Part shown: piece by piece, positions 17,897 through 28,370 of the stretch
How the letters are laid out: every line of letters begins with the position of its first letter
Numbering within the stretch: position 1 is the stretch's first letter
NCBI GenBank assembly: GCA_002706065.1
Contig: PAJM01000036.1
Span: forward strand, 1-63,374
Direction of reading: 5' to 3'
Source: Methanobacteriota archaeon
Lineage (GTDB): Archaea > Thermoplasmatota > Poseidoniia > Poseidoniales > Poseidoniaceae
Length of the DNA: 63,374 bases
Made by a program: the position numbers and the translations under genes
The notes under the pieces: generated by a model
Database searches by the model: none
What the model saw: the letters and a program-made list of their open reading frames with translations, nothing else
What the model was told of the DNA's origin: nothing

Positions 17897-18907
17897 CTAT
17901 TCACCTCCCTTTGGTTGTGAGAAACCTGTAAACGGTTCGGAGGAACGCACGGGACCTGAAGGTTCCTTCGTGGTGTTCCACATTCCGTTCTTTCTGGCCA
18001 AAACATGGGCAGCGACCACTTTTGTTGCCAGCATTGCTGCAGTGAACTGTGTCAATGGTGAGTCGTGTTGAACACCGATTTCATTGACATCAGCACCGAC
18101 AACAACAGCGTTTGGAGCATTGAAAAGCGTTTGAATCGTTTCTTCAACTTGCCAATAGGACAAGCCACCTGGTACTGGCGTTCCAGTCGCAGGAACAAGG
18201 GCGCCATCAAGCCCATCGATGTCGATGGTCAGATGCACTGGACCTTCGATGGAGGAAAGCACCTCCAACCATTTGTCCCAATGCTGCAAACCATCTCGAA
18301 CAGATTGTGTATCTCTTGCAAAGAAGGTGGTTATTCTTGAATCGGTTCGCATGCGTTTGTGTTCCTCGCTACTGAAGGCACGAATACCAACTTGGAGCAG
18401 TGATCCAACTCCTGCATCGAGTGCGCGTGCTGCTGCACACGCATGTGAGTGGGCTTCTCCTTCCAATTCTTCTCGCAGATCACTGTGCGCATCGATTTGA
18501 ACAAGCGTAAGATTGGATAGATCATTCTCGACAAGTGGGTGGTGCCGAGTTGCTTCCATAATCGGGGGAAGGATGCCGTGTTCTCCACCGAGACACAGCG
18601 GAAAGCAGTCTCCCTTGAACCAAGGAATCAGATGGCTTGTCAATGAGTCGAGTTGTTGCAAGAGCGTTGGTTCATTCCCATCCCATGCTGGAATTGTATG
18701 GATGGAAAGACCTGCAGGTAAATCCTCGTTCAATTGAACATCGAACAATTCGACTTGGGCCGACGCTTCAATGCACGCTATTGGTCCTTGAGCTGTCCCC
18801 TGACGGTATGATGTGGTCAATTCATACAGCAACGGTAGGATGGCGATATCCACGTCGCCTTGGCCTTGGTCGAGACCCAGAAAGGTCGGTACGCCTTCGT
18901 CCTCCAT
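17897..18907 (-). CDS. speB: Agmatinase (ureohydrolase family)
   Basis: TTSYRQGTAQGP, LGGEHG, QIDAHSDLR, TIDIDGLD, TGTPVPGGL. Confidence 0.85.
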   Translation of the reverse strand: MEDEGVPTFLGLDQGQGDVDIAILPLLYELTTSYRQGTAQGPIACIEASAQVELFDVQLNEDLPAGLSIHTIPAWDGNEPTLLQQLDSLTSHLIPWFKGDCFPLCLGGEHGILPPIMEATRHHPLVENDLSNLTLVQIDAHSDLREELEGEAHSHACAAARALDAGVGSLLQVGIRAFSSEEHKRMRTDSRITTFFARDTQSVRDGLQHWDKWLEVLSSIEGPVHLTIDIDGLDGALVPATGTPVPGGLSYWQVEETIQTLFNAPNAVVVGADVNEIGVQHDSPLTQFTAAMLATKVVAAHVLARKNGMWNTTKEPSGPVRSSEPFTGFSQPKGGE

Positions 18908-19067
18908 GTTGTCCGCGTCCGCTCCGCGCTTCTAAGCATTCCCAAATCAAGGGCAAAAACGCCTTTGAAGGTGGATTTACATGAAAATCAGCCGATGTGT
19001 TAATATACATCGTCAACCAATATACAATAGTGTTCTCGGAGTAAAAACCGGGGCGGGGTGATGGAAG

Positions 19068-19487
19068 ATGGGAATGACACTACAATCGTTGACGCAAGCA
19101 ATACAACAACATATCGATACTGAAATGGATGCAGAGGTTGCTGCAGGCATGGCCGAGCACGCACTCGGATTCTTTGGATTCTACAACCGTATCATCGATA
19201 ATGCACTTGAACCAACGGACCGTAACTTGTTCTACATGTTCCAAGATTACGATCTCTTGACCACTGAATCGGAAGAAACGACCCTTTGGGATGGACGTGA
19301 ATGGCGCATTCACTACTGGAAATTCAAGCCTGACCTCAAAGAGCGTGTCGAATCCTACATGCAACGCCAGCGCAAGCCTGAGGACATCGATCCGTTCGCT
19401 GACATCTACGGCACGGATGGGCAATCCATCTGGACACGCGAATCTGAAAAGGTTCAGAATCCAAATGCATTCACCAGCGATTGGTGA
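19068..19487 (+). CDS. Conserved Thermoplasmatota protein (DUF6015-like)
   Basis: AEHALGFFGFYNRIIDNALEPTDRNLFY...ETTLWDGREWRIHYW resembles DUF6015 as I recall it. Confidence 0.65.
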   Translation: MGMTLQSLTQAIQQHIDTEMDAEVAAGMAEHALGFFGFYNRIIDNALEPTDRNLFYMFQDYDLLTTESEETTLWDGREWRIHYWKFKPDLKERVESYMQRQRKPEDIDPFADIYGTDGQSIWTRESEKVQNPNAFTSDW

Positions 19488-19517
19488 GATGCCATTGCAA
19501 GCGTTTTTGTTTCACCG

Positions 19518-20903
19518 ATGAGAGGACAGGCCATGCGAGTCGCAGTCGGCCTCGTCCTCTGTCTCCTTTTGGCCGGTGTTCCGCCTGTTGTTAGCGCATC
19601 TTCAGATACGAGCGACGATGAGGCATGGCCCGGAGAACCGATCGACAACCATCTCCACATGACGTGGGCTGCGTTGACCATGGAAGTCAATGAGTGGGCC
19701 GATAACAATCCAGACATTGTCAAATTGGTTGATGCTGGTAACTCTGAGTTGGGAAAAACACTCTGGGTTGTACAGATTTCGGACTGGTCCATGGAGACGA
19801 AAGCCAACGGAACGGCGAAAGAAATCATTTACATCGATGGAGGGCACCACGGTAACGAGTATCTCGGGACAGCGCTCGCTTGGCTTTCAGCACAATGGTA
19901 CATTGAGAACTGGAACGAAGGCAATCAAGAAGCCATTGATGTTCTTCAAAACACGGAGATTCATATCTTAATCATGCTCAACCCTGACGGAAACGACTTT
20001 GATACACGATGGAACATCAACCAAGTCGATTTGAATCGAAATTACGATCACTACTGGAACACCTGTCCGACAACACAACCAGGAAGTGCTGCGTTCAGTG
20101 AATCGGAGACGGCTGCAAACTCGCAATACATGAACACCTACGTCACAGACGCTGATCTTTACGTAACCATGCACACTGGCGTCTGGATTATCCTCTATCC
20201 ATGGGGGAAGTGGGCGAGCCAACCATCCGACTGGGAATTGTTCCATGGAATTCGAGAAGAGGTCCATGCCACCATTTCCGATATACCCATTCAAAATGCC
20301 AACCAAGGATTGTATCCCAACTGCGGAACGAGCAGAGACTATGGATATGGTGTCATGGGGATACCTACGTTCACCTTCGAAACCGATGATGAACAGTTCG
20401 TTCCCGGTTCTGTGGAAGCGCTGAACGAACGATTGGGTGAAGAAATGGATGTGATGCGATACTTGATCACCAACGTCTGGTATTGGAGAGCTCGTCTCGA
20501 TGTCCAAGCGATACAAGTTTCTGATGAGGCAGTTACCATCGATGTTGACAATCTTGGTCGCGCCTCGACGACCAACGCCAGTCTGCAATTCGTAGACTCA
20601 ACCGGACAGGTTTCGTGGACATCGCCACTCTTTTCTGTTAATGCGAGCAACTCGACTGTCGCCGCGCTGGACGCCTCAAATCTCTCATATTCGAAGGACG
20701 GTTCGTGGCAGTTGTATTACCAAAAGCGCGTGATAGACGCCTCAAAGTGGGTGACAGAACCTCTTGAAATCAATGCGACCCTCACGGATGACGATGAATA
20801 TGCAGGCTTCCTTATTGGCTACGGCTTGTTCAGTCCCACGACCATTTTGGCCGGACTTGCAGTCATCTCATTGTTGCGAAAAGAGGATGATGAAGCGCTC
20901 TAA
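19518..20903 (+). CDS. Secreted M14 zinc carboxypeptidase with C-terminal membrane anchor
   Basis: Signal peptide; HHGNE zinc motif, LNPDG, DLNRNY, MHTG, FTFET; C-terminal TM followed by RK. Confidence 0.88.
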   Translation: MRGQAMRVAVGLVLCLLLAGVPPVVSASSDTSDDEAWPGEPIDNHLHMTWAALTMEVNEWADNNPDIVKLVDAGNSELGKTLWVVQISDWSMETKANGTAKEIIYIDGGHHGNEYLGTALAWLSAQWYIENWNEGNQEAIDVLQNTEIHILIMLNPDGNDFDTRWNINQVDLNRNYDHYWNTCPTTQPGSAAFSESETAANSQYMNTYVTDADLYVTMHTGVWIILYPWGKWASQPSDWELFHGIREEVHATISDIPIQNANQGLYPNCGTSRDYGYGVMGIPTFTFETDDEQFVPGSVEALNERLGEEMDVMRYLITNVWYWRARLDVQAIQVSDEAVTIDVDNLGRASTTNASLQFVDSTGQVSWTSPLFSVNASNSTVAALDASNLSYSKDGSWQLYYQKRVIDASKWVTEPLEINATLTDDDEYAGFLIGYGLFSPTTILAGLAVISLLRKEDDEAL

Positions 20904-20957
20904 ATTGCTGAAAACGATGCGCAAGGTTTCAAGTGCCCCAAGAGGTTCGGGGAAACC

Positions 20958-22457
20958 ATGCAAATCAACGTAAGCCCGAGTCATAACATCGACGGAACTC
21001 TCATTCTTCCTCTCTTTGAAGGAACCGATATTGTGCCTGAAGCACATGCAACTGGCCTGCATGTCGCACTCAAGGCTCAAATTAACCGAGTACTCGCTGA
21101 TGGAGACTTCAAAGGAAAAGCGAAATCGACGATGACACTGTTTGGAGGCGAGGGTGGAAAAGCGATGCTCGTTGGTCTTGGAAAAGAAGGAGATGCTGAT
21201 GTTCATGCATACCGCAAGGCCGGTGCTGCAGTCATTGCTGCTCGCAAGAAGACCCACGGTACCGATCTTACTGTACGCTTTGCTGGAGCAAGCATCGAAT
21301 GCATGGGCGCTTTCGCAGAAGGTATGTTGCTGCGCGATTATTCCTACGATGACTACAAGATGCAGAAGGAAGAAGATAAGGAAGCAGAGCGTAATGTACG
21401 AATTACCTGCGATGAAGGTCAAGAAGAAACATTGGAGGCGCTCGTCAAGATTCACAGCGGAGTTGCATCAGGAGTTCATCTCTCTCGTGACCTCGGTAAC
21501 TGCCCTCCGAACGATATGTTCCCTGAAGCGTTTGCTGACAAAGCATGGGAATGGGCAAAGGATTACGATAACGTCGAAGTGACCATCATCAACTACGAAC
21601 ATGCCATGAAAGCAGGCATGGGCGGTCTTGTCGCAGTCGGCATGGGTTCCTCTCGAAAACCATGCATGGTCATTTATGAAATGAACAAGGAAAAACCGGG
21701 CCGTTGCCCTCTCCTCGTTGGAAAGGGAATTACCTTCGACACCGGGGGTATCTCTCTCAAACCAGGGGCAAACATGGACGAAATGAAGTACGACATGGGC
21801 GGATCCGCAACCGTCTTTGGAACAATGGAAGCCCTTGCAGCAACCGGATACGATGGTAAGGTCGTAGCAATCACATGCATGGCAGAAAACATGCCTGCTG
21901 CAAATGCCCAACGACCGGGTGACGTCATTACTACACTCTCTGGAAAGACCATCGAAGTTCTCAACACCGATGCTGAAGGCCGATTGGTTCTCTCCGATGG
22001 TCTTTGGAAGGCTGGGGAATTCGACCCTGAATTCATCATTGACTTCGCAACGCTCACAGGAGCCTGTGTTGTTGCCCTTGGTCACGAGGCCACTGGACTC
22101 TGGTCAAACGATGACGACTTCCGTTCAAAGATTCACGAAGCTGGGAACGCTGTTGGCGAACTTGCGTGGCCAATGCCACTCCTTCCAGCGTTTGAGAAAG
22201 AAATGACGGACTCAAAGATTGCTGACACTCGAAACCTTGGCGCAGGTCGTTGGGGAGGAGCAAACACCGCCGCAGCCTTCCTCAAGCAATTCGTTCCAAA
22301 TCGAAACTATGAGGAAGACGGTGAGCAAATCACATGGGCTCACATGGACATTGCTGGAACCTACTGGGGTGCAAAGAGCAACACCATGGTTGGAAACGGC
22401 GCAACAGGAATCCATGTCCGTACCATGTATCACTTGATTACAAACTGGAACAACTGA
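20958..22457 (+). CDS. pepA: Leucyl aminopeptidase (M17)
   Basis: VGKGITFDTGG, MKYDMGG, NTDAEGRLVL, ATLTGA, AHMDIAG. Confidence 0.95.
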   Translation: MQINVSPSHNIDGTLILPLFEGTDIVPEAHATGLHVALKAQINRVLADGDFKGKAKSTMTLFGGEGGKAMLVGLGKEGDADVHAYRKAGAAVIAARKKTHGTDLTVRFAGASIECMGAFAEGMLLRDYSYDDYKMQKEEDKEAERNVRITCDEGQEETLEALVKIHSGVASGVHLSRDLGNCPPNDMFPEAFADKAWEWAKDYDNVEVTIINYEHAMKAGMGGLVAVGMGSSRKPCMVIYEMNKEKPGRCPLLVGKGITFDTGGISLKPGANMDEMKYDMGGSATVFGTMEALAATGYDGKVVAITCMAENMPAANAQRPGDVITTLSGKTIEVLNTDAEGRLVLSDGLWKAGEFDPEFIIDFATLTGACVVALGHEATGLWSNDDDFRSKIHEAGNAVGELAWPMPLLPAFEKEMTDSKIADTRNLGAGRWGGANTAAAFLKQFVPNRNYEEDGEQITWAHMDIAGTYWGAKSNTMVGNGATGIHVRTMYHLITNWNN

Positions 22458-22467
22458 ATGTGATGGC

Positions 22468-23205
22468 ATGCAACAACCTCTTCTCTTTTCGGGGTTGGTC
22501 TGCCTCATCCTATGTTCAGGTTGCCTCGGCTTCGTAAACGATGAAGACTCGGAGACAAGTTTGATCGTTGTGCTCAGCCAGGACCGCATTGTTATCGAAA
22601 CGGTTTACGATCAAGCCGAACTGATTTCGTCTTCAACTCCGACCGTTGATGTTGACTTTTCACAGACGACATCCGATGTTGGAATTGTCACATATGGTAT
22701 TCTTACAGATGATGGCCGTTCCTTCAGCATCGATGCGACTAAGGGTCAAAACATCTCGATTGAGTTCCAACATCATGGCATGTACACCATCACAGTGTAT
22801 GCGATCGATTCTCAAGATGTTCAACTGCAAGAAGTGAAGACTCTCATCGTCGAACAAATCATTACGTGGTCCGAGCTTGATACGGGAAGTCCTGAGTCGT
22901 TGTTTTTTGAAACCACACCAGGGAATGACGGACCTTCACCTTCGTATTTTATTCTCAATTCGACAGTAAGCAATCCGTCTCCGCTTCTCGAAATCGATGG
23001 ACGTGATGTTGATGTTGAGTGGGCCGTTATCAACGAGGATGGCCAATGTTTGGGCCATCGAGAAATCATTGAAAATGGCGATTCATTCACGTGGAACACG
23101 CTGCATTTTACACCCGTGGAAATGCATGAGGTTGATCTCACCATTCATGAGGGACAGGATTCTGTTGATGTCGAGCACAGGATTGAATTGAGATATACGG
23201 AATAA
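22468..23205 (+). CDS. Putative lipoprotein with PKD/Ig-like domains
   Basis: Lipobox-like ILCSGCLG, beta-rich body, HGMYTITVYAID. Confidence 0.65.
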   Translation: MQQPLLFSGLVCLILCSGCLGFVNDEDSETSLIVVLSQDRIVIETVYDQAELISSSTPTVDVDFSQTTSDVGIVTYGILTDDGRSFSIDATKGQNISIEFQHHGMYTITVYAIDSQDVQLQEVKTLIVEQIITWSELDTGSPESLFFETTPGNDGPSPSYFILNSTVSNPSPLLEIDGRDVDVEWAVINEDGQCLGHREIIENGDSFTWNTLHFTPVEMHEVDLTIHEGQDSVDVEHRIELRYTE

Positions 23206-23295
23206 GGCTGAATCATGAAACCAAAATCTTTGGTTGAATGATGACCTGAGAAAGACTTTGTATTGTCGTTCTTATCGTTCAGATTAGGTGAGATT

Positions 23296-23757
23296 ATGAT
23301 AACTGTTGCAGATGTGGAAAACGTGCAGCGCGAATGGGGCGAAGGTATTGTTCGAATTGCTGAAGCGTACAAGCTCGAGGATGATTACACCGCAATCGCT
23401 ACAAAGCACGTTGAAGATCTCTATGCATACGATTTGAGCGAAGTTTTGTTCAAACCAACCATGGCTTCCAAGGAACAATTTCGTCCAACCTTTGAAGGTG
23501 CGTTGTCGTACTTCGTCGCATCAAATGGTGCTTGCAAAGAAGACACTGGGTTTGCAATCAAAGGTTGGACGTCTGTCGAATTTGAAAACTCAGGTGTTCT
23601 CACCAATGATGTCAATGCCGTAGCGATGGGCAACTACTTCTTCACGGATGCAGAGGGAAGCAAAACCAAGGTTGAGTATACCTTTGGATACATTCGTGAT
23701 GATGCTGGTAAGCTGCGCATCGTCCTGCACCACTCATCACTTCCAGCAACGTTGTAG
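23296..23757 (+). CDS. COG4337-type NTF2-like protein, iota-carbonic anhydrase (LCIP63-domain) family
   Basis: Q-x-x-WGEGIV, LY-x-YD, VLFKPT, GALSYF, EDTGFA, AMGNYFF, KVEYTFGY, LHHSSLP. AGGTGA RBS before ATG 23296. Confidence 0.8.
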   Translation: MITVADVENVQREWGEGIVRIAEAYKLEDDYTAIATKHVEDLYAYDLSEVLFKPTMASKEQFRPTFEGALSYFVASNGACKEDTGFAIKGWTSVEFENSGVLTNDVNAVAMGNYFFTDAEGSKTKVEYTFGYIRDDAGKLRIVLHHSSLPATL

Positions 23758-23826
23758 AACGAATCAAACCATATTCTGTAATTTGTGGATGCAGCACTCG
23801 ATCGAGTCCGCTGCGATGACCTGTTG

Positions 23827-24315
23827 TTAGGGACTCTTGGTCGTATTTCGCATCAGCATCGTTACTGATTTTTCCTTATGATGAACGATCCCCACCTCCT
23901 CAAATCGAAAGCGGTGATGGAATCTCATCGATCCCGGATTGGGTGGATTCAAATTCACTTCTGCTGCGACTGGAATGCTGTTCTCTTGTGCATAGGAAAC
24001 GACGCGTTCGTACAGTAGTGTACCAATTCCCTGGTTCCTTTTGTCTTTCGAAACAGCAATCCTATCAACATAAACGAACGCATCAAAGTGGTCGTTGAAC
24101 CATGCATAATTTGGGCTACCGTACGTGGTTCCGGGAGACAAACAAAGAACGAATCCAAGCAATTCTTCTTCTTTGAATGCCCCTAATGAGAAATCGGAAA
24201 TCGCGAGCAGGTCTCTGAGTTCCTGTTTTGACACTTGACCCGTCCCAGGCAATCCCTGCTCGTTGATTGACCAGATGGATTCGACATCATCGTTTGATAA
24301 TGTTCGTGTGTCCAT
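23827..24315 (-). CDS. GNAT family N-acetyltransferase
   Basis: YVDRIAV, RNQGIGTLLY acetyl-CoA motif, EVNLNPPNPGSMRFH. Confidence 0.88.
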   Translation of the reverse strand: MDTRTLSNDDVESIWSINEQGLPGTGQVSKQELRDLLAISDFSLGAFKEEELLGFVLCLSPGTTYGSPNYAWFNDHFDAFVYVDRIAVSKDKRNQGIGTLLYERVVSYAQENSIPVAAEVNLNPPNPGSMRFHHRFRFEEVGIVHHKEKSVTMLMRNTTKSP

Positions 24316-24368
24316 GAACGTCGTTCAACCGTGGAGGTATATTGTCATGCACCTAGCGAAATGATGCA

Positions 24369-25547
24369 TCACCAAAACTCATCCACCTGGAACAATCCGA
24401 GTATGATTCCAATCATGACGATAAAGAAACACAGCGGAATTGCATAGGCTGCACCGAGTGCTCGTGCGTGATTTTTCTTGAGGTGTTCCTTTACGGGGGC
24501 AATCGCCAAAACAAGAATCACTATGAAAAAGAGACTCTCCTCCAACACTCCAAAGCCGATAAGTATCATGAAAAATCCCATAAACGAATAACCCAACGAA
24601 TAGAGAAGATGTATCCCAAAACCCTTCAAAAACTCGAGGCGAAGAACGGCTAATCCAACAACGAGTCCGATTCCTGGGAGGACTGTTCCCATGAATAATG
24701 CGTCATCATCGCCTCCTTCCATTACCGAAAGAACTGTAAAAAGCAAATACAGTAAGGGAAAATAAAACAAAGCCATCGATGCAAATTTGACTGGATCGTT
24801 TGATTCTTTGAGCTCGTTGTAATTCTCGTGTCCAACGACTCCATATGGTACTTTGAACACAGCCTCGCTGGTTGAAGGTTCCCGTTCGAGAATCTTCTGA
24901 GGAAGTGGAACAAGGTTCGGATGGATCACAAACCCAACAAAAACAGCCAACAAAAAACCAAAACTCTCGAAAAGAATTTCGATAGCAAGGAAAAAGTCTC
25001 CTAACGAATAAGCATGTTGAAAGATGATGTAAAACATTGCCAACCCCATGATGGTTGAGTAACCAGCGCTAAACATTCCAATTCTTTCGAATATCAAATT
25101 AGGTTGTTCTTTGTGAGACCAACAAACAACAAAAATTCCAATGAATACAATGGGCATAACATCTCTCAGAATAATCAACAAGAGAACCAATGGACCTGCT
25201 TCTTGTCCAACCCATGAATAACTCTCGAACAACGATCCATCGAAAAGGAAACCGAGAAGGTCAATGATCTCCGAAATTCCATTCATGTTGTCAGCATAAT
25301 AGTACCAATCATTGTAAAACCAATCCTGGACCCCGTGAATGAGTGTAATCCAGTAAACCGTTCCCCAATTCAGAAACATCGAAATTGTAAACAAAACCGT
25401 TGCGAATTCCAGCCTCCGGGTTTGATGATTTGTTGAATCTGATGGAGGGAGAGGATTTGGAACTGCGGTTTGAGGTTCCTGCTCAATCGATTGCGGGAGT
25501 TCTGTATCAGGCTTTGTTGGGTTGATTACGACAGATTGAGGCTTCAT
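24369..25547 (-). CDS. Hypothetical polytopic membrane protein (AT-rich gene)
   Basis: About 9-10 TM segments after a Pro/Gln-rich N-terminus. Start placed at MKPQSV with GAGGT just upstream. Confidence 0.65.
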   Translation of the reverse strand: MKPQSVVINPTKPDTELPQSIEQEPQTAVPNPLPPSDSTNHQTRRLEFATVLFTISMFLNWGTVYWITLIHGVQDWFYNDWYYYADNMNGISEIIDLLGFLFDGSLFESYSWVGQEAGPLVLLLIILRDVMPIVFIGIFVVCWSHKEQPNLIFERIGMFSAGYSTIMGLAMFYIIFQHAYSLGDFFLAIEILFESFGFLLAVFVGFVIHPNLVPLPQKILEREPSTSEAVFKVPYGVVGHENYNELKESNDPVKFASMALFYFPLLYLLFTVLSVMEGGDDDALFMGTVLPGIGLVVGLAVLRLEFLKGFGIHLLYSLGYSFMGFFMILIGFGVLEESLFFIVILVLAIAPVKEHLKKNHARALGAAYAIPLCFFIVMIGIILGLFQVDEFW

Positions 25548-25730
25548 ACCTCTTCTGTCCCACATGTCGCGCTCTGCTTCCACGAAGCATGGACGAGTAC
25601 ACTGCAACATAAAATTAGACCCTGCAATATGTGTATGATTGAGAATTTCAAATCAAGAAAGCGAAGTCAGGTTCATATACCACACTGCACTCGCAACTAT
25701 GTAACCTCAGGTTAAGTAGTGGTGAAATCA

Positions 25731-26429
25731 ATGGCTGGTGACGACTGGGAAGAGAAGATGTTGGATCAACTCGAACGCCTTCTTTCCAACATGGGCATGA
25801 ACATGTCCAGAGAGCAATTGCGTGCACTGCTCCAGCAATTTCGCTCCCAGTTTGAGAAGATGGGGATTGATGAAGAGCGAATCGCCAAAGGTGATGTCAA
25901 CTTCAATTTTGATCTAAGCAACTTGCAAAATTTCTTCCAACCTGGTATGGACTTCAATGAACTGTTCAAAAACATGGGTGTTGACGTCCGAGTCGACGCT
26001 TCACCCGTCGAAATTGAAACACCTGAAGGCGATGAACAAGACGACATGGTGCTGCCAGCAGACGATGTCTACCTCGAGGGTTGGAACATGACCATCACTG
26101 TTGATTTCGCAAAGAAAGAACTCGAGCAAGATCAAGTCGAATTGAATCTTATCGATGGAGGGACGCTCGTCGAAGTTCACCGCACCACACAGCTTGCGCC
26201 TGTGGCACGAATCGAACTACCACATGCCTGTGAGGATGTCCTTGACTTTTCACTCAACAACGGAATCCTCGACATTACGCTGCGATTGATTCCTCCTGAG
26301 GATGCTTTTGCAGCACTACCACCATCGGAAGATGGTGATGATACCATTCCCCTGAGCGACGACATCGCCATCGAACTTGCGGACGATGACGACGATGACG
26401 ACGATGACGGAGGAATCCCTATTCTGTGA
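25731..26429 (+). CDS. Small heat-shock protein (Hsp20/alpha-crystallin-like) with acidic tail
   Basis: [31 protein letters not shown], terminal IPI (IxI) motif after a poly-Asp run. Start at ATG 25731 or GTG 25719. Confidence 0.72.
   Translation: MAGDDWEEKMLDQLERLLSNMGMNMSREQLRALLQQFRSQFEKMGIDEERIAKGDVNFNFDLSNLQNFFQPGMDFNELFKNMGVDVRVDASPVEIETPEGDEQDDMVLPADDVYLEGWNMTITVDFAKKELEQDQVELNLIDGGTLVEVHRTTQLAPVARIELPHACEDVLDFSLNNGILDITLRLIPPEDAFAALPPSEDGDDTIPLSDDIAIELADDDDDDDDDGGIPIL
26381..26408 (+). repeat. In-frame GAC/GAT low-complexity repeat encoding a poly-Asp tract
   Basis: GACGATGACGACGATGACGACGATGACG encodes DDDDDDDDD. Confidence 0.8.
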
Positions 26430-26445
26430 AATGGAGATGAAGAAA

Positions 26446-28332
26446 ATGAGTAAAGTAATCGGAATTGACCTCGGAACAACCAACAGCTGTGTAGCCACCA
26501 TCGAAAACGGTGAACCAATTGTTATTGCCAACGCAGAAGGCGCACGAACCACGCCTTCCGTTGTGGCGTTCAACAAAGACGGTGAGCGATTGATCGGTAT
26601 CACTGCCAAGCGCCAAGCAGTCACAAACCCAGAACGAACTATGATTTCTGTCAAGCGACACATGGGGACCAACTGGAAGACCGACATTGACGGAACAAAC
26701 TACACGCCTCAGGAAATCTCAGCTTTCATTCTTCAGAAGTTGAAGGCTGATGCCGAGGCATACCTCGGACATGAAGTCAAGCAAGCTGTCATCACATGCC
26801 CTGCATACTTCACCGATGCACAACGTAAGGCAACCAAGGATGCTGGCCGCATTGCAGGAATGGATGTACTTCGAATCATCAACGAACCAACTGCTGCTGC
26901 ACTTGCATATGGTGCGGACAAGGGTGAGGACCAAACCATCCTTGTCTACGATCTCGGCGGTGGAACATTTGACGTCTCAATCCTCGAAATCTACGATGTT
27001 GACGGACAACCGCAAATCGAGGTAAAAGCCACTGCAGGGAACAACAAACTTGGTGGAGACGACTTTGACGAGCGCATTATTGAGTGGTTGGTGAGTGAAT
27101 TCAAGCGAGAAACTGGTATCGATTTGTCCAAAGACAATCAAGCCATGAGCCGCCTCAAAGAGGCTGCTGAGAAGGCAAAGATCGAACTCTCCGGCACCCA
27201 ATCCTCCCAAATCAACCTCCCCTTCATTACCATGAAGGACGGAAATCCAGAGCACCTTGACATCACACTGTCAAGAGCACGATTCGAGGATCTTATTGCA
27301 AAGCACATCGAAGATACGATGGCTCCGACACGCCAGGCAATGAAGGACGCTGGTGTCAAGAAAGGCGACGTTGACAAGGTCATCCTCGTTGGCGGTTCAA
27401 CACGAGTTCCTGCAGTACAAACAGCCATCGAAAAGGAAACTGGAAAAGCACCGTACAAGGGTATCAATCCAGACGAAGCCGTCGCAATGGGTGCTGCCCT
27501 TCAAGCGGGAATCATTGCTGGAGATGACGAGGTTTCCGACATCCTCCTCCTCGACGTCACACCACTAACGCTGGGTATTGAGACCCTCGGTGGCGTGACA
27601 ACGACCATGATTGAACGAAACACTACGATTCCCGCTCGGCGAAGTGAGATTTATTCAACGGCGAGTGACAACCAACCTGCTGTCGAGATTCACGTCTTGC
27701 AAGGAGAGCGTGAATTCGCAAAGGACAACGTTACCCTCGGACAATTCCATCTGACCGATATCCCACCGGCGCCACGTGGTATCCCTCAAATCGAGGTTAC
27801 CTTCGACATTGATGCAAACGGAATCGTCAACGTCAGTGCAAAGGATATGGGAACAGGAAAAGAACAGTCGATTAAGATCGAGTCGCAAACATCCCTTTCC
27901 GAGGAAGAAATTCAAGCAAAGATCGCAGAAGCTGAGACATTTGCTGAGGAAGACAAGCGACGAAAGGCGAAGATTGAACTCCGCAACATGGCGGATCAAA
28001 TCGTGTACCAGACGCGTCGAACCCTCGATGAGAACGAGGACAAACTCGATGCCTCGGATCTTGAACCGGTTCGAGAGAAACTGACTGAGCTCGAAGCGTT
28101 GGTCCAAGATGGTGAAGGCAAACCAATCGATGATGAAGCATTGGACGAGGCTGCAATTCAAGCCAAGGTCAAGGAAGTCGAAGAGTCGATGCACGCCATC
28201 TCTTCAAAATTGTACGAGGCAGCCGCTGCCGAAATGACGGAAACTGAGAACAACGAAGGCGATGGAAACATCAACGTTGAGGCTGATGATGTCGTCGATG
28301 CTGACTTTGAAGTCGTTGATGAAGAAGACTGA
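26446..28332 (+). CDS. dnaK: Chaperone DnaK (Hsp70)
   Basis: [65 protein letters not shown]. Start at MSKVIG. Confidence 0.98.
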   Translation: MSKVIGIDLGTTNSCVATIENGEPIVIANAEGARTTPSVVAFNKDGERLIGITAKRQAVTNPERTMISVKRHMGTNWKTDIDGTNYTPQEISAFILQKLKADAEAYLGHEVKQAVITCPAYFTDAQRKATKDAGRIAGMDVLRIINEPTAAALAYGADKGEDQTILVYDLGGGTFDVSILEIYDVDGQPQIEVKATAGNNKLGGDDFDERIIEWLVSEFKRETGIDLSKDNQAMSRLKEAAEKAKIELSGTQSSQINLPFITMKDGNPEHLDITLSRARFEDLIAKHIEDTMAPTRQAMKDAGVKKGDVDKVILVGGSTRVPAVQTAIEKETGKAPYKGINPDEAVAMGAALQAGIIAGDDEVSDILLLDVTPLTLGIETLGGVTTTMIERNTTIPARRSEIYSTASDNQPAVEIHVLQGEREFAKDNVTLGQFHLTDIPPAPRGIPQIEVTFDIDANGIVNVSAKDMGTGKEQSIKIESQTSLSEEEIQAKIAEAETFAEEDKRRKAKIELRNMADQIVYQTRRTLDENEDKLDASDLEPVREKLTELEALVQDGEGKPIDDEALDEAAIQAKVKEVEESMHAISSKLYEAAAAEMTETENNEGDGNINVEADDVVDADFEVVDEED

Positions 28333-28370
28333 AACATCGCACTTATGTGTAGGCCACCGTTGGTGCGACC

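Noticed and set aside
19968-22085. Long antisense ORFs (19968-20588, 21468-22085; likewise 32614-33573, 34176-35009, 53945-54664)
   Set aside because: They lie opposite well-supported genes and have no motifs; typical shadow ORFs.
23296-23757. Phosphoribosyl-AMP cyclohydrolase (HisI) label
   Set aside because: Lacks the HisI Cys-rich zinc motifs; the motifs fit the COG4337 NTF2-like family.
26381-26408. Short repeat array or CRISPR
   Set aside because: In-frame codons for a poly-Asp tract; no spacers and no cas genes.
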